Source of the DNA: an uncultured Gemmatimonadaceae bacterium | GTDB taxonomy: Bacteria; Gemmatimonadota; Gemmatimonadetes; Gemmatimonadales; Gemmatimonadaceae | Length of the DNA stretch: 64,000 bases | NCBI GenBank assembly: GCA_963817955.1 | Contig: CAWFQK010000001.1 | Span: forward strand, 160,001 to 224,000 | Direction: 5' to 3' | The notes under the pieces: model-generated | The model's input: the letters and a program-made list of their open reading frames with translations, nothing else | Databases searched by the model: none | What the model was told of the DNA's origin: nothing | Shown here: in pieces, positions 44,770 to 55,259 of the stretch | Layout of the letters: every line of letters starts with the position of its first letter | Numbering within the stretch: the stretch's first letter is position 1 | Made by a program: the position numbers and the translations under genes

Positions 44770-46357
44770 GCCAATCTACGAGCTGCTGTTCGAAGAGAGC
44801 CCGCTGCCAAAGTGGGTGATTGACGAGACCACGCTGTGTTTTCTCCGCGTCAATCACGCGGCGATGGAGCTGTACGGATATTCGCGCGAAGAGTTCCTGA
44901 CCATCACGCTGGCTGACATCAGTCGTGGTCAGTCCGCAGAGGATCTGCGACGGCGCTTTGCGACACCCGCGCACGGGCTCCACATCGGTCTGGTTCGCCA
45001 CCGCACGCGGGACGGCCGGGAAATACAGGTAGACGTCGTCACGCGCTCACTCGTGTATCACGGCCAGAGTGTGCGGGTCGCCGTGATCACCGACATGACG
45101 GAGCGCCTCCAGCTCGCGGAGGCGGCGCGACAGGCAGAGCAGATCGCCGACCAGGGAAGGCGCATGGAGGCGGTGGGCCAACTCGCCGGCGGCATCGCCC
45201 ACGATTTCAACAACATTCTCACTGCCATTCGCGGATACAGCGAAATCGTACGCAACGCCCTCCCCGTGACGCATCCCGTTCAACCGGAACTGTTCGAGAT
45301 CTTGTTGTCCGTCGATCGCGCGGCCGCGCTCACGCGCCAACTGCTCGCGTTCAGCCGCCGACAGGCCGTGCGACCCGATTACCTGAACCTCGCGCCGGTC
45401 ATCTATGACATGGAGACCATGTTGCGCCGCGTGCTCGGCGAACGGGCGGAACTCGTGATCCGAATCGCGGACACCGCCCAGAGCGTCGTGGCCGACCGGT
45501 CGCAGATCGAGCAGGTCATCATCAATCTCGTCACGAACGCCCGCGACGCGATCGACAGCGCGGGCGTGGTGCTCATTCGGGTGGACGATGCCAACCTCGA
45601 CGAGACGTTCGCGGCGCAGCACCCCGGATCGGTGCCCGGTCATTATACTTCCATCACGGTGGAGGACACGGGGCATGGCATGCGACCAGAGGTGCGCGAA
45701 CGCGCATTTGAGCCTTTCTTCACGACTCGAGCGGTGGGCGCAGGGTCGGGGCTCGGGCTGTCGACCGTGTACGGGATCGTGAAGCAATCCGGCGGGTACA
45801 TCACCGTGGACAGCTCCGTGGGGGATGGAACTCGCGTCCAGCTGTGGCTGCCGGTCGCGCCAGAATACAGCCGGGATGACGAATCGTTGTCGGTAGAACT
45901 CGCCGCGCTCAATGGCATGCCGGCCGGCGTGAGCGAACGCAGGCAACACACGGCGCTGGTGGCCGAAGATTCGGCGGCGGTGCGCACCGTCGTGCGGCGC
46001 TCGCTCGAAGCGAACGGGTATGACGTTCTGGAGGCCGAGGATGGGATCGCGGCCATTGAAATGATGCGGCGCACGACGAACGTTGATCTGGTCATTACGG
46101 ATCTGCGAATGCCGCGCATGGGCGGACGCAAACTGATCACGTCGCTGCACGAGCTCGGATATCGGCCGGCACTGCTCGTCATGAGTGCGTATTCACGCGG
46201 CGCCGATCAGCCACAACCTGAGCTGCCGCCGGTCGCGGTCTTCCTGGAAAAGCCGTTCACGACGACCGCGTTGCTCGCCGCGGTTGAGCGGGCGCTCGAG
46301 CAGCACCGTCTGCAAGGCGACCTGCTTGTATCACGATTGCACCAGGAGATTCCATGA
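44762..46357 (+). CDS. PAS hybrid sensor histidine kinase/response regulator
   Basis: [30 protein letters not shown] 44762 overlaps the upstream gene. Confidence 0.93.
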   Translation: MDEPIYELLFEESPLPKWVIDETTLCFLRVNHAAMELYGYSREEFLTITLADISRGQSAEDLRRRFATPAHGLHIGLVRHRTRDGREIQVDVVTRSLVYHGQSVRVAVITDMTERLQLAEAARQAEQIADQGRRMEAVGQLAGGIAHDFNNILTAIRGYSEIVRNALPVTHPVQPELFEILLSVDRAAALTRQLLAFSRRQAVRPDYLNLAPVIYDMETMLRRVLGERAELVIRIADTAQSVVADRSQIEQVIINLVTNARDAIDSAGVVLIRVDDANLDETFAAQHPGSVPGHYTSITVEDTGHGMRPEVRERAFEPFFTTRAVGAGSGLGLSTVYGIVKQSGGYITVDSSVGDGTRVQLWLPVAPEYSRDDESLSVELAALNGMPAGVSERRQHTALVAEDSAAVRTVVRRSLEANGYDVLEAEDGIAAIEMMRRTTNVDLVITDLRMPRMGGRKLITSLHELGYRPALLVMSAYSRGADQPQPELPPVAVFLEKPFTTTALLAAVERALEQHRLQGDLLVSRLHQEIP

Positions 46358-47895
46358 TTCCAACGATGCCATCCGTGCAGGAATCGCTGGCGGCGATGGT
46401 TGAATTTTCGGACGACGCGATGATGGGCCTGACGGTTGATGGCATCGTCACCAGCTGGAACGACGCGGCCGCGCGGATGTACGGCTTTGCCGCCACGGAC
46501 ATGATTGGCCGGAGCGTGCTGGACATCGTGCCGGCGGAGCTGCACGACCTGGAGCGGCGCAGGTTGGCCGCGGCCGCCGGCGGAACGCGCGTTGGCAGTG
46601 TCGAGACGTCGCGCGCCCGACGCGACGGTACGCGGCTGGCCGTGTCGTTGAGTCTGTTTCCCGTACCGTCCATGGGACGGAGCGTGAGCGGTATCGTTGC
46701 CATCGAGCGCGACCTCACGCAGCAACACGCCCTCGAGTCGCAACTCCTGCAAGCCAAGCGGATGGAAGCCGTGGGCCGCCTGGTTGGCGGCGTCGCGCAG
46801 GAATTCAACAACATCAACACCGCCATTCTGGGGTTGGTCGAATTCGTCGGCGAACGGCTGCCCGATCGCTCCGAGGCGCGCGCAGATCTCAACGAGATCA
46901 CGAAGCAGGCCATGCGCGCTTCGCGCCTGGCCCGGCATCTGTTGGCATTCGGTGGCCGGCCGGCGCTCGCGGCACACCCCGTCTCGCTGGACGATCTGTT
47001 GCACGCTATGGAGCCGCTGCTCGGGCGGTTGGCCAGTGAGGGCGTGTGGCTCTCGCTGGATCTGGCGCACGATGGCGCGCACGTGCTCGCCGACGAATCG
47101 CAGCTCGAGATGATCGTCTTCGACCTATTGGTCAACGCGTCGCACACCGTAGGCGACCGCGGCACCATCCTGCTATCCACACGCACGCGCGTGATCGGCG
47201 ACACGTCGTTGACCTCGCGCGCGGGTGTGCCGAATGGCGAGTATGTGGAATTGACGGTGCGTGACTCGGGTCCGAGTTTCGGGTCCCGCTCCGGCAGCGG
47301 CTCTGGCTCTGGTTCCGGCGCCGGCAACGCTGCGCGGATTGAGCGGGACGTGTCGATGGTCTCTGGCGTCATACATCAACTCGGCGGATATCTGCTGACG
47401 TCGACCACCGAGCCGTCCGACACCGAAGTGAGCGTGTTTCTTCCGCTGGCCGCGGCAAGCGAGACCGAGCGTGCTCCAGCGGAGGCATCGGTCGGTGACG
47501 TGCGGGGGAACGAGACCATTCTCGTGGTGGAAGACGAGAATGCCGTGCGCGACGTGATCGTCCGGGGGTTGCGAGCCAACGGGTACAACGTGATCGAGGC
47601 GCGAAGTGGCGAGGATGCGTTGGCGGTCGCTGGAGACTACGCCGCACCGATGCATCTGGTGGTGAGCGATGTGGTGATGCCACAGATGGACGGGCGCGAG
47701 CTCTTCGACCATGTCCGTGCATGGTATCCGCACATCCGCTTTCTGTTCATCTCCGGCTACACGCGCGGCGTCATCACCGGCCAGCAGTTGCAGGGCCCGT
47801 TCACCGGCTTCCTAGCCAAGCCATTCAGTGTGGACGATCTCTGCGCCAAGGTGCGCTCGCTGCTCGACGCCACGCGACCGCCAGACGAACCTTGA
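46354..47895 (+). CDS. PAS - degenerate histidine kinase - receiver protein (pseudokinase)
   Basis: H-box GGVAQEFNN (His to Gln); F and G2 boxes replaced by a GS-rich run; intact REC; ATGA coupling. Confidence 0.88.
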   Translation: MIPTMPSVQESLAAMVEFSDDAMMGLTVDGIVTSWNDAAARMYGFAATDMIGRSVLDIVPAELHDLERRRLAAAAGGTRVGSVETSRARRDGTRLAVSLSLFPVPSMGRSVSGIVAIERDLTQQHALESQLLQAKRMEAVGRLVGGVAQEFNNINTAILGLVEFVGERLPDRSEARADLNEITKQAMRASRLARHLLAFGGRPALAAHPVSLDDLLHAMEPLLGRLASEGVWLSLDLAHDGAHVLADESQLEMIVFDLLVNASHTVGDRGTILLSTRTRVIGDTSLTSRAGVPNGEYVELTVRDSGPSFGSRSGSGSGSGSGAGNAARIERDVSMVSGVIHQLGGYLLTSTTEPSDTEVSVFLPLAAASETERAPAEASVGDVRGNETILVVEDENAVRDVIVRGLRANGYNVIEARSGEDALAVAGDYAAPMHLVVSDVVMPQMDGRELFDHVRAWYPHIRFLFISGYTRGVITGQQLQGPFTGFLAKPFSVDDLCAKVRSLLDATRPPDEP

Positions 47896-47920
47896 CAGAC
47901 TGTTGAACTACGAGTGAATC

Positions 47921-47974
47921 GCCAGTCATCCTGAGCAAATAAGCCTGTCATCCTGAGCGAAGCGAAGGATCTCT
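47921..47974 (+). repeat. Partial plus complete REP-like repeat
   Basis: GCCAGTCATCCTGAGCAAATAA GCCTGTCATCCTGAGCGAAGCGAAGGATCTCT. Confidence 0.88.
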
Positions 47975-47984
47975 ATGACCGATT

Positions 47985-48348
47985 CAACAGCTTTGAACAC
48001 AGAGGTCGCAGAGAACTGCAAGAGAACTGCAGAGGACCGTGAAGGATTGTCTCGCGTGGGTGTCTTGGGTGATGCCGTCGTGGGGCTCCGATGGTATCGC
48101 CCAAGTCGGGATCATCAACGATATAGGCGGAATGTTTGTGGACTCGGCATCCACGGATCATTCCACTGATACGTGCTTCCCTCTTCCGTACGCTTACAGT
48201 TCTCTTTGCAGGCCCCTTTTCCAGTATTCTTTTGCAGTTCTCTTTTGCAGTTCTCTGCAGTTCTCTTTTGCAGTTCTCCTGCAGTTCTCTTTTTGCAGTC
48301 CTCTGCAGTTCTCCTGCAGTTCTCTGCGACCTCTGCGTTAAAGCTGTT
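47985..48348. mobile_element. TIR-bounded non-autonomous element, copy 2
   Basis: Colinear with 17083-17385; expanded TGCAGTTCTC(T/C)n tract at 48232-48325. Confidence 0.75.
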
Positions 48349-48472
48349 CGGCCGCTCCGCGTTCAAACGCTGTTCCGGCCCTCGAATTGATGCGCATGCC
48401 CTCGAGCTTCTGACTCCTGTCCAGCACTATTTCAACAGTCTGTTAACGCGCGGCGGCTCCCGCGCACCGTGA

Positions 48473-49573
48473 CTACGGCCGTCGGCCGCTCGGACCAGGC
48501 GCGTGGCCGCGCGGCACACCGAACGGCTGACGCGGCGCGTCCTGTCTCGGCTCGTGCCGGGATTCTGCACCCGGGAATCCATGCGCGCCGCTGCGATACA
48601 CGATGATCGGCGCCGGATAGACATACGGATAGGTCGCGTATGGCGAGTACATGCTGGCACCGTACTCCGTTGGATATGCTGGATACGCTTGCGCCTGGTA
48701 ACAGCCGGCGGGCGGGCAGACGTACATCGTCGTCATCTGCGGCGGAGCGTTCGCGTAGATGTCCGCATTCTGGCTCGGCGCAGCATATTGCGCATCCTTG
48801 TCGCGCGGCGTCGCGCCAAGCATGGCCTGCAGCACCGATGCCGGTAGATTCGCCCGCGCCAGCAACGTCGCCTGCTCGGTATTGAAGTCAAAATGCTGCT
48901 CGCTCGCGATGAGCCACGACCGCACCACAGCGGAATCCGCGATGCGGAGCGCATCCATCACGTCATCGATCGTGATCGGCGCCGTGGCGGCCGCACGCGC
49001 CGTGGCGATCGCCAGCCGCTGCTGAGCAATCGCGTGAGCAGTGCTGGCCGAAAGCTCCTCCGGCGGGTCTACCTCGTGTAGACGGCTGACGGACACGATC
49101 GCGCCGCCGCCCGATCGCACCGAGCCAACCCGAAGCCAGTCGCCTCGCGGGGTAAACGCAAATAGCGTGGACGAACTTCCGCGCGTTCCGCCGCACGCGT
49201 AATTGGCGCGCACGTATGCGCGCCGCGCGCCGGCAGCCCAGCTCACCGATTCCGTACCGCTGCAGCCTTGGCCGTCCAGCGGCTGCGCGCGTCCCATGGC
49301 GTCGAGCCGCTCACGTGACACCTCGCGTCCGTGCAAGAACGTGAGCACATCGACCACGCGCGAACCAGCGACGGGAACGACGCACGTCACACTCGACGAC
49401 GACGTGCCGCCGCTGCCGGGTAACGAATCCGGCGCCCAGCAACCGAGCCACGCCGTCCAGCGGCGGTCGGGATTTACCGCGGTAGCTTGGCCGCGCGCCG
49501 AGTGCGCCACGGAGCCACCGACAGTGAACGCCGCCGCAAACAGCAGGCTGGTAAGTCCGACGTGGTGCCGCAT
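48473..49573 (-). CDS. Secreted hypothetical protein
   Basis: Signal peptide, WTAWLGCW, paired Cys, Tyr/Pro-rich C-terminus. Confidence 0.75.
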   Translation of the reverse strand: MRHHVGLTSLLFAAAFTVGGSVAHSARGQATAVNPDRRWTAWLGCWAPDSLPGSGGTSSSSVTCVVPVAGSRVVDVLTFLHGREVSRERLDAMGRAQPLDGQGCSGTESVSWAAGARRAYVRANYACGGTRGSSSTLFAFTPRGDWLRVGSVRSGGGAIVSVSRLHEVDPPEELSASTAHAIAQQRLAIATARAAATAPITIDDVMDALRIADSAVVRSWLIASEQHFDFNTEQATLLARANLPASVLQAMLGATPRDKDAQYAAPSQNADIYANAPPQMTTMYVCPPAGCYQAQAYPAYPTEYGASMYSPYATYPYVYPAPIIVYRSGAHGFPGAESRHEPRQDAPRQPFGVPRGHAPGPSGRRP

Positions 49574-49639
49574 GAGTCCGGTCCGGTTCGCCTATAATGG
49601 ATGCATATAGCACGGACCGTGGTAGCGCCAGACGCGAGG

Positions 49640-51124
49640 CTACCGCACGAGCGTCGACGGCGGATCGCTCGGAACCCAGAGCGTGAACGTACTTCCAACG
49701 CCCGGCGTGCTCGTGCAGGTAATCGTCGCACCGAGCGCGCGCGCCAGCCGCTGACTGATCGCCAGTCCGATTCCCGATCCCTCAGCCGCGTCGGGATTGA
49801 AGCGCGTGAATTCACGGAAGATCAGATTCTGCCGTTCCGGTGGAATGCCGGGTCCATCGTCGGTGACGACGACGGCCACCCAGCGTCCGAGTCGTGGCGC
49901 CTCGCCGTCGTGGACAAGGTGTGTTCGAACGCTGATACTCCCATCCGCTGGGGTGTATTTCACCGCATTGGAGATCAGGTTCGCGAGAATCTGGCGCACG
50001 CGCGCGCGATCCGACTCGACGACGACCGAGTCGTGGTCGTCATCACCTGGCCCCAGCAGTCTGATGCTGACACGCTTCGCATGTGCGGCCGCGCGAAATT
50101 CCTCGACGATCTCGCGGGTGGTGGCGCCGATGTCGACGCGCTCTCGCTGGATCATCAGCTGCCCCGCCTCTGCACGCTCGATCTCCATGAGATGCAGGAC
50201 CAGATCGAGCGCTGTGCGGATGCACCGGCGCGCGTGCCCCACACTCTCCGTCTGTGCCGACGACATCTCGCCGAACGCGCCGAGCTCCAGCAATGACAGA
50301 TAGCCGTCGGCTGCGCCCAGGGGGTTCTTCAGATCATGTGTGAAACCACGAACGAGCCGCTCATGGCTCTCGATGACCTGCTTGCGGTCGGTGACGTCCT
50401 CGGTAATGGTGGCGCTGCGGTAGATCTCACCTCCCGCGTTGCGCACGGGAAAGCCGCGACTCCATACCCAGCGCTGCTCGCCATCCGGGCGCACGACGCG
50501 GAACTCCACGTCATACTCGCCGTGCGATGAGCCGGCGATAGCCTCGCGCACCCGGTCGCGGTCGTCGGGATGCACGCCGTCGAGGATCGCGAGCGGATTG
50601 TCGTACAGGTCCGTGCGCGGCCGGCCCCAGATACGCTCGTACGCGGAGTTCACGAAGAAGATTCGCGTACGTCTCGCGTCGCTGAGCGAGACCACGTCGT
50701 GCAAGGCCTCCGCGATCTCCCGGACGAGTTCCTCGCTCACGTTCGCGAACTGCTCCGCACTCATGACTTCAATGGCAACGTAGCGCTCGTTCCCCTCGAC
50801 CCAGGCGTCGTGTCCAGCCGGGATCGTGTACGATTCGCCCGCCACAACGGTTCGTTCTGCCCCATCGTTCATGCGCACGCGGATGCGCCCAGAAATGGCA
50901 TATCCCACGTGAGGAACCTGGCACGAGTCCGTCTTGACCACCGGCTTGATGCATTCCGACCAGCGCCAACCCGGCTCGAAGATGAAACGGCCGAGGGTAA
51001 AGCCATCGAACCGAACGACATCGACCCGACTCTTGTCCAGCCTACGAACCTCGTCGGGCGAGTCGTGCGATGTCACTACGAGTTCACTTACGCCCACTGA
51101 AGTCGGTATGTTCTGCTCGGGCAT
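49640..51124 (-). CDS. Cupin-PAS histidine kinase
   Basis: Cupin (PGWRWSE, CQVPHVGY, IPAGHDAWV); PAS (VHPDDR); H-box THDLKNPL; NAVKY; DDGPGI; GSGIGL. Confidence 0.88.
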   Translation of the reverse strand: MPEQNIPTSVGVSELVVTSHDSPDEVRRLDKSRVDVVRFDGFTLGRFIFEPGWRWSECIKPVVKTDSCQVPHVGYAISGRIRVRMNDGAERTVVAGESYTIPAGHDAWVEGNERYVAIEVMSAEQFANVSEELVREIAEALHDVVSLSDARRTRIFFVNSAYERIWGRPRTDLYDNPLAILDGVHPDDRDRVREAIAGSSHGEYDVEFRVVRPDGEQRWVWSRGFPVRNAGGEIYRSATITEDVTDRKQVIESHERLVRGFTHDLKNPLGAADGYLSLLELGAFGEMSSAQTESVGHARRCIRTALDLVLHLMEIERAEAGQLMIQRERVDIGATTREIVEEFRAAAHAKRVSIRLLGPGDDDHDSVVVESDRARVRQILANLISNAVKYTPADGSISVRTHLVHDGEAPRLGRWVAVVVTDDGPGIPPERQNLIFREFTRFNPDAAEGSGIGLAISQRLARALGATITCTSTPGVGSTFTLWVPSDPPSTLVR

Positions 51125-51331
51125 TTGGAAGTCGTGTGGCCAGCAAGGGTAGAAACACTACGAGGCCCGTCACTGCAGCGTGGGCAGAGCCCATCGCACG
51201 ATCCGAATATCGTCTTCAAGTACAGAGTTCGTTAGCCGAAATGGCCAGAGTTAGCAAAGAACGCGCAAGTCACCCGACATTGCGTACTGGAATTTCGGCG
51301 TGTGTCTACGCAAAAAGGGCGGCCCCCCGCT

Positions 51332-51739
51332 TCACCGCCTCCGTAGCTGCAATGCCTCGATCGCCGAATGTATCCCGGCGTCGGTGAGCATGGCTCTACC
51401 CGTGATCGTGGAATCGGCACCCATTGTTCCCGCCACCGACAACGACCGTGTGGCGTTCATGGCCGTCAGTACGAACGCCAACGACGTCCCTGTCCGGAAG
51501 CCATCGATCACGATCCCGCTGTCAATGCAGGCGGCCGTGCATCGCGAGCGCGCACCAGTCCACGTTCCGAACAGAATGCGACTGTCCACGCGCTCGGTCA
51601 TACGCAGCACCACCTTGCTGTAGGCCGCCGTCGTTCCGGTCCAGGCGCCGTCCATGGGGGTGAAGACGGTCACCGGCGTATCTCCACCGCAACCAAACAG
51701 GAGAGCGAAGCTCAGGCCCGCACGACTGATCTTGCGCAT
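51332..51739 (-). CDS. Hypothetical lipoprotein
   Basis: MRKISR...LLFGC lipobox; GAWTG beta-rich body. Confidence 0.6.
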   Translation of the reverse strand: MRKISRAGLSFALLFGCGGDTPVTVFTPMDGAWTGTTAAYSKVVLRMTERVDSRILFGTWTGARSRCTAACIDSGIVIDGFRTGTSLAFVLTAMNATRSLSVAGTMGADSTITGRAMLTDAGIHSAIEALQLRRR

Positions 51740-51895
51740 ATGCTTGCTCGTAGAGGAGTGGTGGTTCATTCCTCCTATGCGTAGATGTCGGACCAGAGCC
51801 CATCCACTGTAGTTCGCCGGGCCGAATGTCGGCCGATGCAGGACATTGAGCGGAATTCATAAGCGCGCGTCAGCCGCAGCCGCGCGTCCAGAGCA

Positions 51896-51923
51896 CGAAC
51901 GGCCGTCTGAGGACGGCCGTTCG
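51896..51923. terminator. Perfect 12-bp hairpin, possible terminator
   Basis: CGAACGGCCGTC-TGAG-GACGGCCGTTCG, 25 nt downstream of the 51949 stop; no clear U-tract. Confidence 0.45.
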
Positions 51924-51948
51924 CCGTTCGTCGCCGATCCCCTATCGG

Positions 51949-52290
51949 CTATCGCGCCGGAACAACGAGCCCAACCCGCTTCCCCCGCTCGATTTCGACG
52001 TAGTCGGTCGCTTCCTCGACCTGTCCAGCCGGCCGCGCGAAGAATTTGATTTGCCCCTCGCCGAGCATGAAGTCGGGAACGCGCAGCGTCGAATCAGTCA
52101 ACGCCGCAACGACACCGAGTCGTACGTCACGCATGCCCTGCTCCGCGTAAATGGTCACGGGAACATTGCGGTCGTTCTCCACCTCGACCAGAGCGATTTC
52201 GGTCGAGTCGACCGCGGCCGGCGGCGCACTCGCGGCCGGTCGCCCAACCGCGAAGAAGGGAATGACGAACAGTGTGAGTATGCTGACCAT
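51949..52290 (-). CDS. Small secreted hypothetical protein
   Basis: GGAGAGG RBS, signal peptide, VEVENDRNVPVTIY beta-sandwich-like body. Confidence 0.7.
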   Translation of the reverse strand: MVSILTLFVIPFFAVGRPAASAPPAAVDSTEIALVEVENDRNVPVTIYAEQGMRDVRLGVVAALTDSTLRVPDFMLGEGQIKFFARPAGQVEEATDYVEIERGKRVGLVVPAR

Positions 52291-52611
52291 GATGTCCTCT
52301 CCGTTGTGTGGCGCCAGCGGCGCGTTGACGTTAGTTCGTCTGCACCGAATGACGGAGCGCGATCACGGTCGTTAACGGATCTCACAACATCTTAGTGTTT
52401 CGTTAACTATTCAATCAAAGGTTTATTGCGGCGCCGCGCTTGCTGAGATTGCTTACCACCGCTGCTCGTTCCATGCTGACGGCGATCCGGAGGCCGTGCT
52501 TTCGCCACAACCGAAACGGCGCTCACTGAACCCAACAGCATCAAAACGATACACATTCGCAATCCGCGCCGTTCGATGTCGATGCTCCGGACAACCAGTG
52601 AAGGAGCCGCA

Positions 52612-52788
52612 ATGTCAATAACTCACGCAGACGCGATCACCCCAGCACAGACTGGCCGTCAGGCCAGAACGAACGTCGCGGATGCCCAATCTCAGCGAAG
52701 TCGCTTTCAAGATTCTGTTCATATCAGCGATGCGGGCCGCGCCAAGGCGGCAAGCGGAGACACCGATGGAGACAGCGACGGAAAGTAG
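52612..52788 (+). CDS. Small protein with DSVHIS motif and acidic tail
   Basis: AAGGAG RBS at 52601-52606; QDSVHISDAGRAK; GDTDGDSD. Confidence 0.55.
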   Translation: MSITHADAITPAQTGRQARTNVADAQSQRSRFQDSVHISDAGRAKAASGDTDGDSDGK

Positions 52789-52845
52789 GGCCGCGCCAGC
52801 CAATGCTGGTCTCGCGCCATCGATAGATTTTCGAGAGACGATTCG

Positions 52846-54792
52846 TCAGACCGCCGCGCACCGCGCCGCCTGAGCGTCCACAATGGCGCGCAGTAAGGAT
52901 GGCGCGGCGAACGGCTTCTGCACGAATACCGCCCCCGTCGGAAGTGCACCACTGCGTATCACCGCGTCATCCGTGTATCCCGACATGAGCACCGCCGCAA
53001 ACGTAAATCCCGCCTCACGCAGGGCGGAGATCAGCGCCGGCCCGTTCATCTCCGGCATCAGGGCGTCCGTCACCACGATGTCCATGGGCGGCGCGGCGGC
53101 ATGCGCCATGTCCAGCCCCTCACGCCCATTACACGCCTCGAGCACCGTATAGCCCCCTTCGACCAGCATTCGCTTCGCGACGGCACGCACCTGCTCGTCG
53201 TCTTCGACGAGTAGGACCACTCCCTTCGCCATCGGCCTCTCGGGCCGGACGGCGGCAGTCCCTCCCGAGTCCAGGACGTCGCGCTCGGCTCGAGGGAGCA
53301 AGACGCGAAAGCGCGCTCCGTTGCCCGGCGAGCTGTCGACCTGAATGAAGCCGCCGGACTGCTCCACGATCCCGTGCACCGTCGCGAGGCCGAGGCCGGT
53401 TCCCTTCCCTTGCTCTTTGGTCGTGAAGAACGGCTCGAACACTCGACGTCGCGTCTCCTCATCCATTCCTTGCCCCGTGTCGACCACGGTCAGCGCGACG
53501 TAATCGCCGGGTACCGGTTCGTTGGCCACGCCGCCGAGGGCCGCACCCTTGGACTGGATGCGCAGATTCGAGGTGCTGATCGAGAGCGATCCACCCCCCG
53601 GCATCGCGTCGCGCGCATTCACCGCCAGGTTCAGCAGCACCTGCTCGATCTGTGTCCGGTCGGCGAGCACCCGGTGCAAGCCACCGGCACACTCCACGGT
53701 CAGCGTGATATGCTCGCCGATCAATGGGCGCAGCATGCTCTCCATCGCGACACAGACCACATTCAGATCGAGCACGCGCGGCGCGAGCACCTGCTGCCTG
53801 CTGAACGCGAGCAGTTGGCGCGTGAGTGATGTGGCGCGCACAGCGGCGCGCACGATCTCGTCGGCGTCGTCGTGCATCGGGCTCGCCGGATTGAGATCCT
53901 CGCGCAGCATTTCGGCGTGCGCACTGATGATGGTGAGCACGTTATTGAAGTCGTGCGCGATGCCGCCGGCCAAGCGCCCCACGGCCTCCATCTTCTGCGA
54001 CTGGCGCAGCCGCTCGTCGCGCTCCCGCAGGGCTCGCTCGGCCTCCGCAGTAGCCTTCGCTCCAGCAATGATCCGGCGCGTCAACGACATCCCAATCAGC
54101 ACGAGAGCGATCGCCACGACCGTCGAGATGGACAGCAGGACCTCGCGCAAAGTGCGCGTGGCGTCGCGCAGCGCACCCGAAAACAATTGCGTCATGGAGC
54201 TCAGCATCAGATCGTCATGCTCGATCTGATTGAGCTCGCGCTTGACCGTCAGGGTCTCTCCGCGGGCGTGCGCAGCCACGAGTCGCCCAAGGCTGGCGTC
54301 GATCGAATCGATCAGTACGTCAGCCCGCATCCAGATCCTCGCCGCGCGCGCAATGTCGCTCTCGCGACGGGCAATCCGGTAGTAGGCCGCCATGAGGTCC
54401 GCGTCCTCCGGATCGTTGCCACCGCGGACGAATGCTGCGGTAGCGGCACGATGGTCTGGGCGATCACTCTCCAGGATATCGCGAGCCTGTCGGTCCCCAA
54501 GGGAGATCTCCCGCGCGCGGGAATAGGCGGCGAGATCGGCGCTATCACCGGTATTGACGAACCGCTCAATGGCAAGAACGCCGTCCTTCTGCGCCCGCGC
54601 CCAAGTGCTCTCGCCGCGATTGTACGACGAAACCGTGAGCATTGCGGTCATGCCGACGTAGAGCAGCGCGAGCAGCAACCCAATCGCGGCCGGGAACGCC
54701 AACGCCGCAGGACCCGGCGATGGGTTCGTCAGAATTCGACGGAGGGACTGACGGAATAGGCGAAATGACTGGCTGGGAGGGAGGGGGCCCAT
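52846..54792 (-). CDS. Membrane-bound hybrid sensor histidine kinase/response regulator
   Basis: Two TM helices, [11 protein letters not shown] sensor, [27 protein letters not shown]. Confidence 0.93.
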   Translation of the reverse strand: MGPLPPSQSFRLFRQSLRRILTNPSPGPAALAFPAAIGLLLALLYVGMTAMLTVSSYNRGESTWARAQKDGVLAIERFVNTGDSADLAAYSRAREISLGDRQARDILESDRPDHRAATAAFVRGGNDPEDADLMAAYYRIARRESDIARAARIWMRADVLIDSIDASLGRLVAAHARGETLTVKRELNQIEHDDLMLSSMTQLFSGALRDATRTLREVLLSISTVVAIALVLIGMSLTRRIIAGAKATAEAERALRERDERLRQSQKMEAVGRLAGGIAHDFNNVLTIISAHAEMLREDLNPASPMHDDADEIVRAAVRATSLTRQLLAFSRQQVLAPRVLDLNVVCVAMESMLRPLIGEHITLTVECAGGLHRVLADRTQIEQVLLNLAVNARDAMPGGGSLSISTSNLRIQSKGAALGGVANEPVPGDYVALTVVDTGQGMDEETRRRVFEPFFTTKEQGKGTGLGLATVHGIVEQSGGFIQVDSSPGNGARFRVLLPRAERDVLDSGGTAAVRPERPMAKGVVLLVEDDEQVRAVAKRMLVEGGYTVLEACNGREGLDMAHAAAPPMDIVVTDALMPEMNGPALISALREAGFTFAAVLMSGYTDDAVIRSGALPTGAVFVQKPFAAPSLLRAIVDAQAARCAAV

Positions 54793-54907
54793 GAAGATGA
54801 CAATGGTCGGCGTCGACCGAATTGGTCAGGAAAGGAGGGATTGAGAGAGTCTCGGTCGATCTGACGGTCGGGTTAGGGGGTGGAATGACTGGTTACTAGA
54901 TGAAATC

Positions 54908-55259
54908 TGACGGCGCGAACTGCTAACGGCGCTGACTCCCTGACGGCGCTGACTCCCTAACGGCGCTGACTCCCTAACGGCGCTGACTCCCTAACGGCGC
55001 TGACTCCCTGACTGCGGCTTACGGCGGCTTACTGCGTTTGCGGCGCTGACTCCCTGGCGGCGGTTACTGCGCCAGCATCGCTGACCGATCCGAGGTCGCG
55101 TATTGAAGGTGGCCTTACGTCCGCCGTAAGCCGCCGTTCGCGCCGTAAGCCGCCGTCAGGGAGTTGGCGCAGTCAGGGAGTTAGCGCCGTTCGGGAGTCA
55201 GCGTAGGTAGGGAGTCAGCGCCGTCAGGGAGTCAGCGCCGTTAGCAGTTCGCGCCGTCA
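54908..55259. mobile_element. Palindromic 17-mer element, copy 1
   Basis: Arms of (ACGGCGCTGACTCCCT[A/G])n and their reverse complement around a unique core at 55064-55126. Confidence 0.85.

Larger units (their letters stand above)
47892..48446. mobile_element. Outer MITE-like unit with 13-16 bp TIR enclosing REP repeats and the GxxExxY-like relic
   Basis: ACAGACTGTTGAA (47895-47907) and its exact reverse complement (48431-48443). Confidence 0.55.

Noticed and set aside
47973..48472. Small ORFs rich in LQFS/AENC
   Set aside because: Translations of the TGCAGTTCTC repeat tract, not credible proteins.
52369..52407. Two TCGTTAAC boxes as an operator
   Set aside because: Only two 8-mers with no identifiable regulator; too weak to call.
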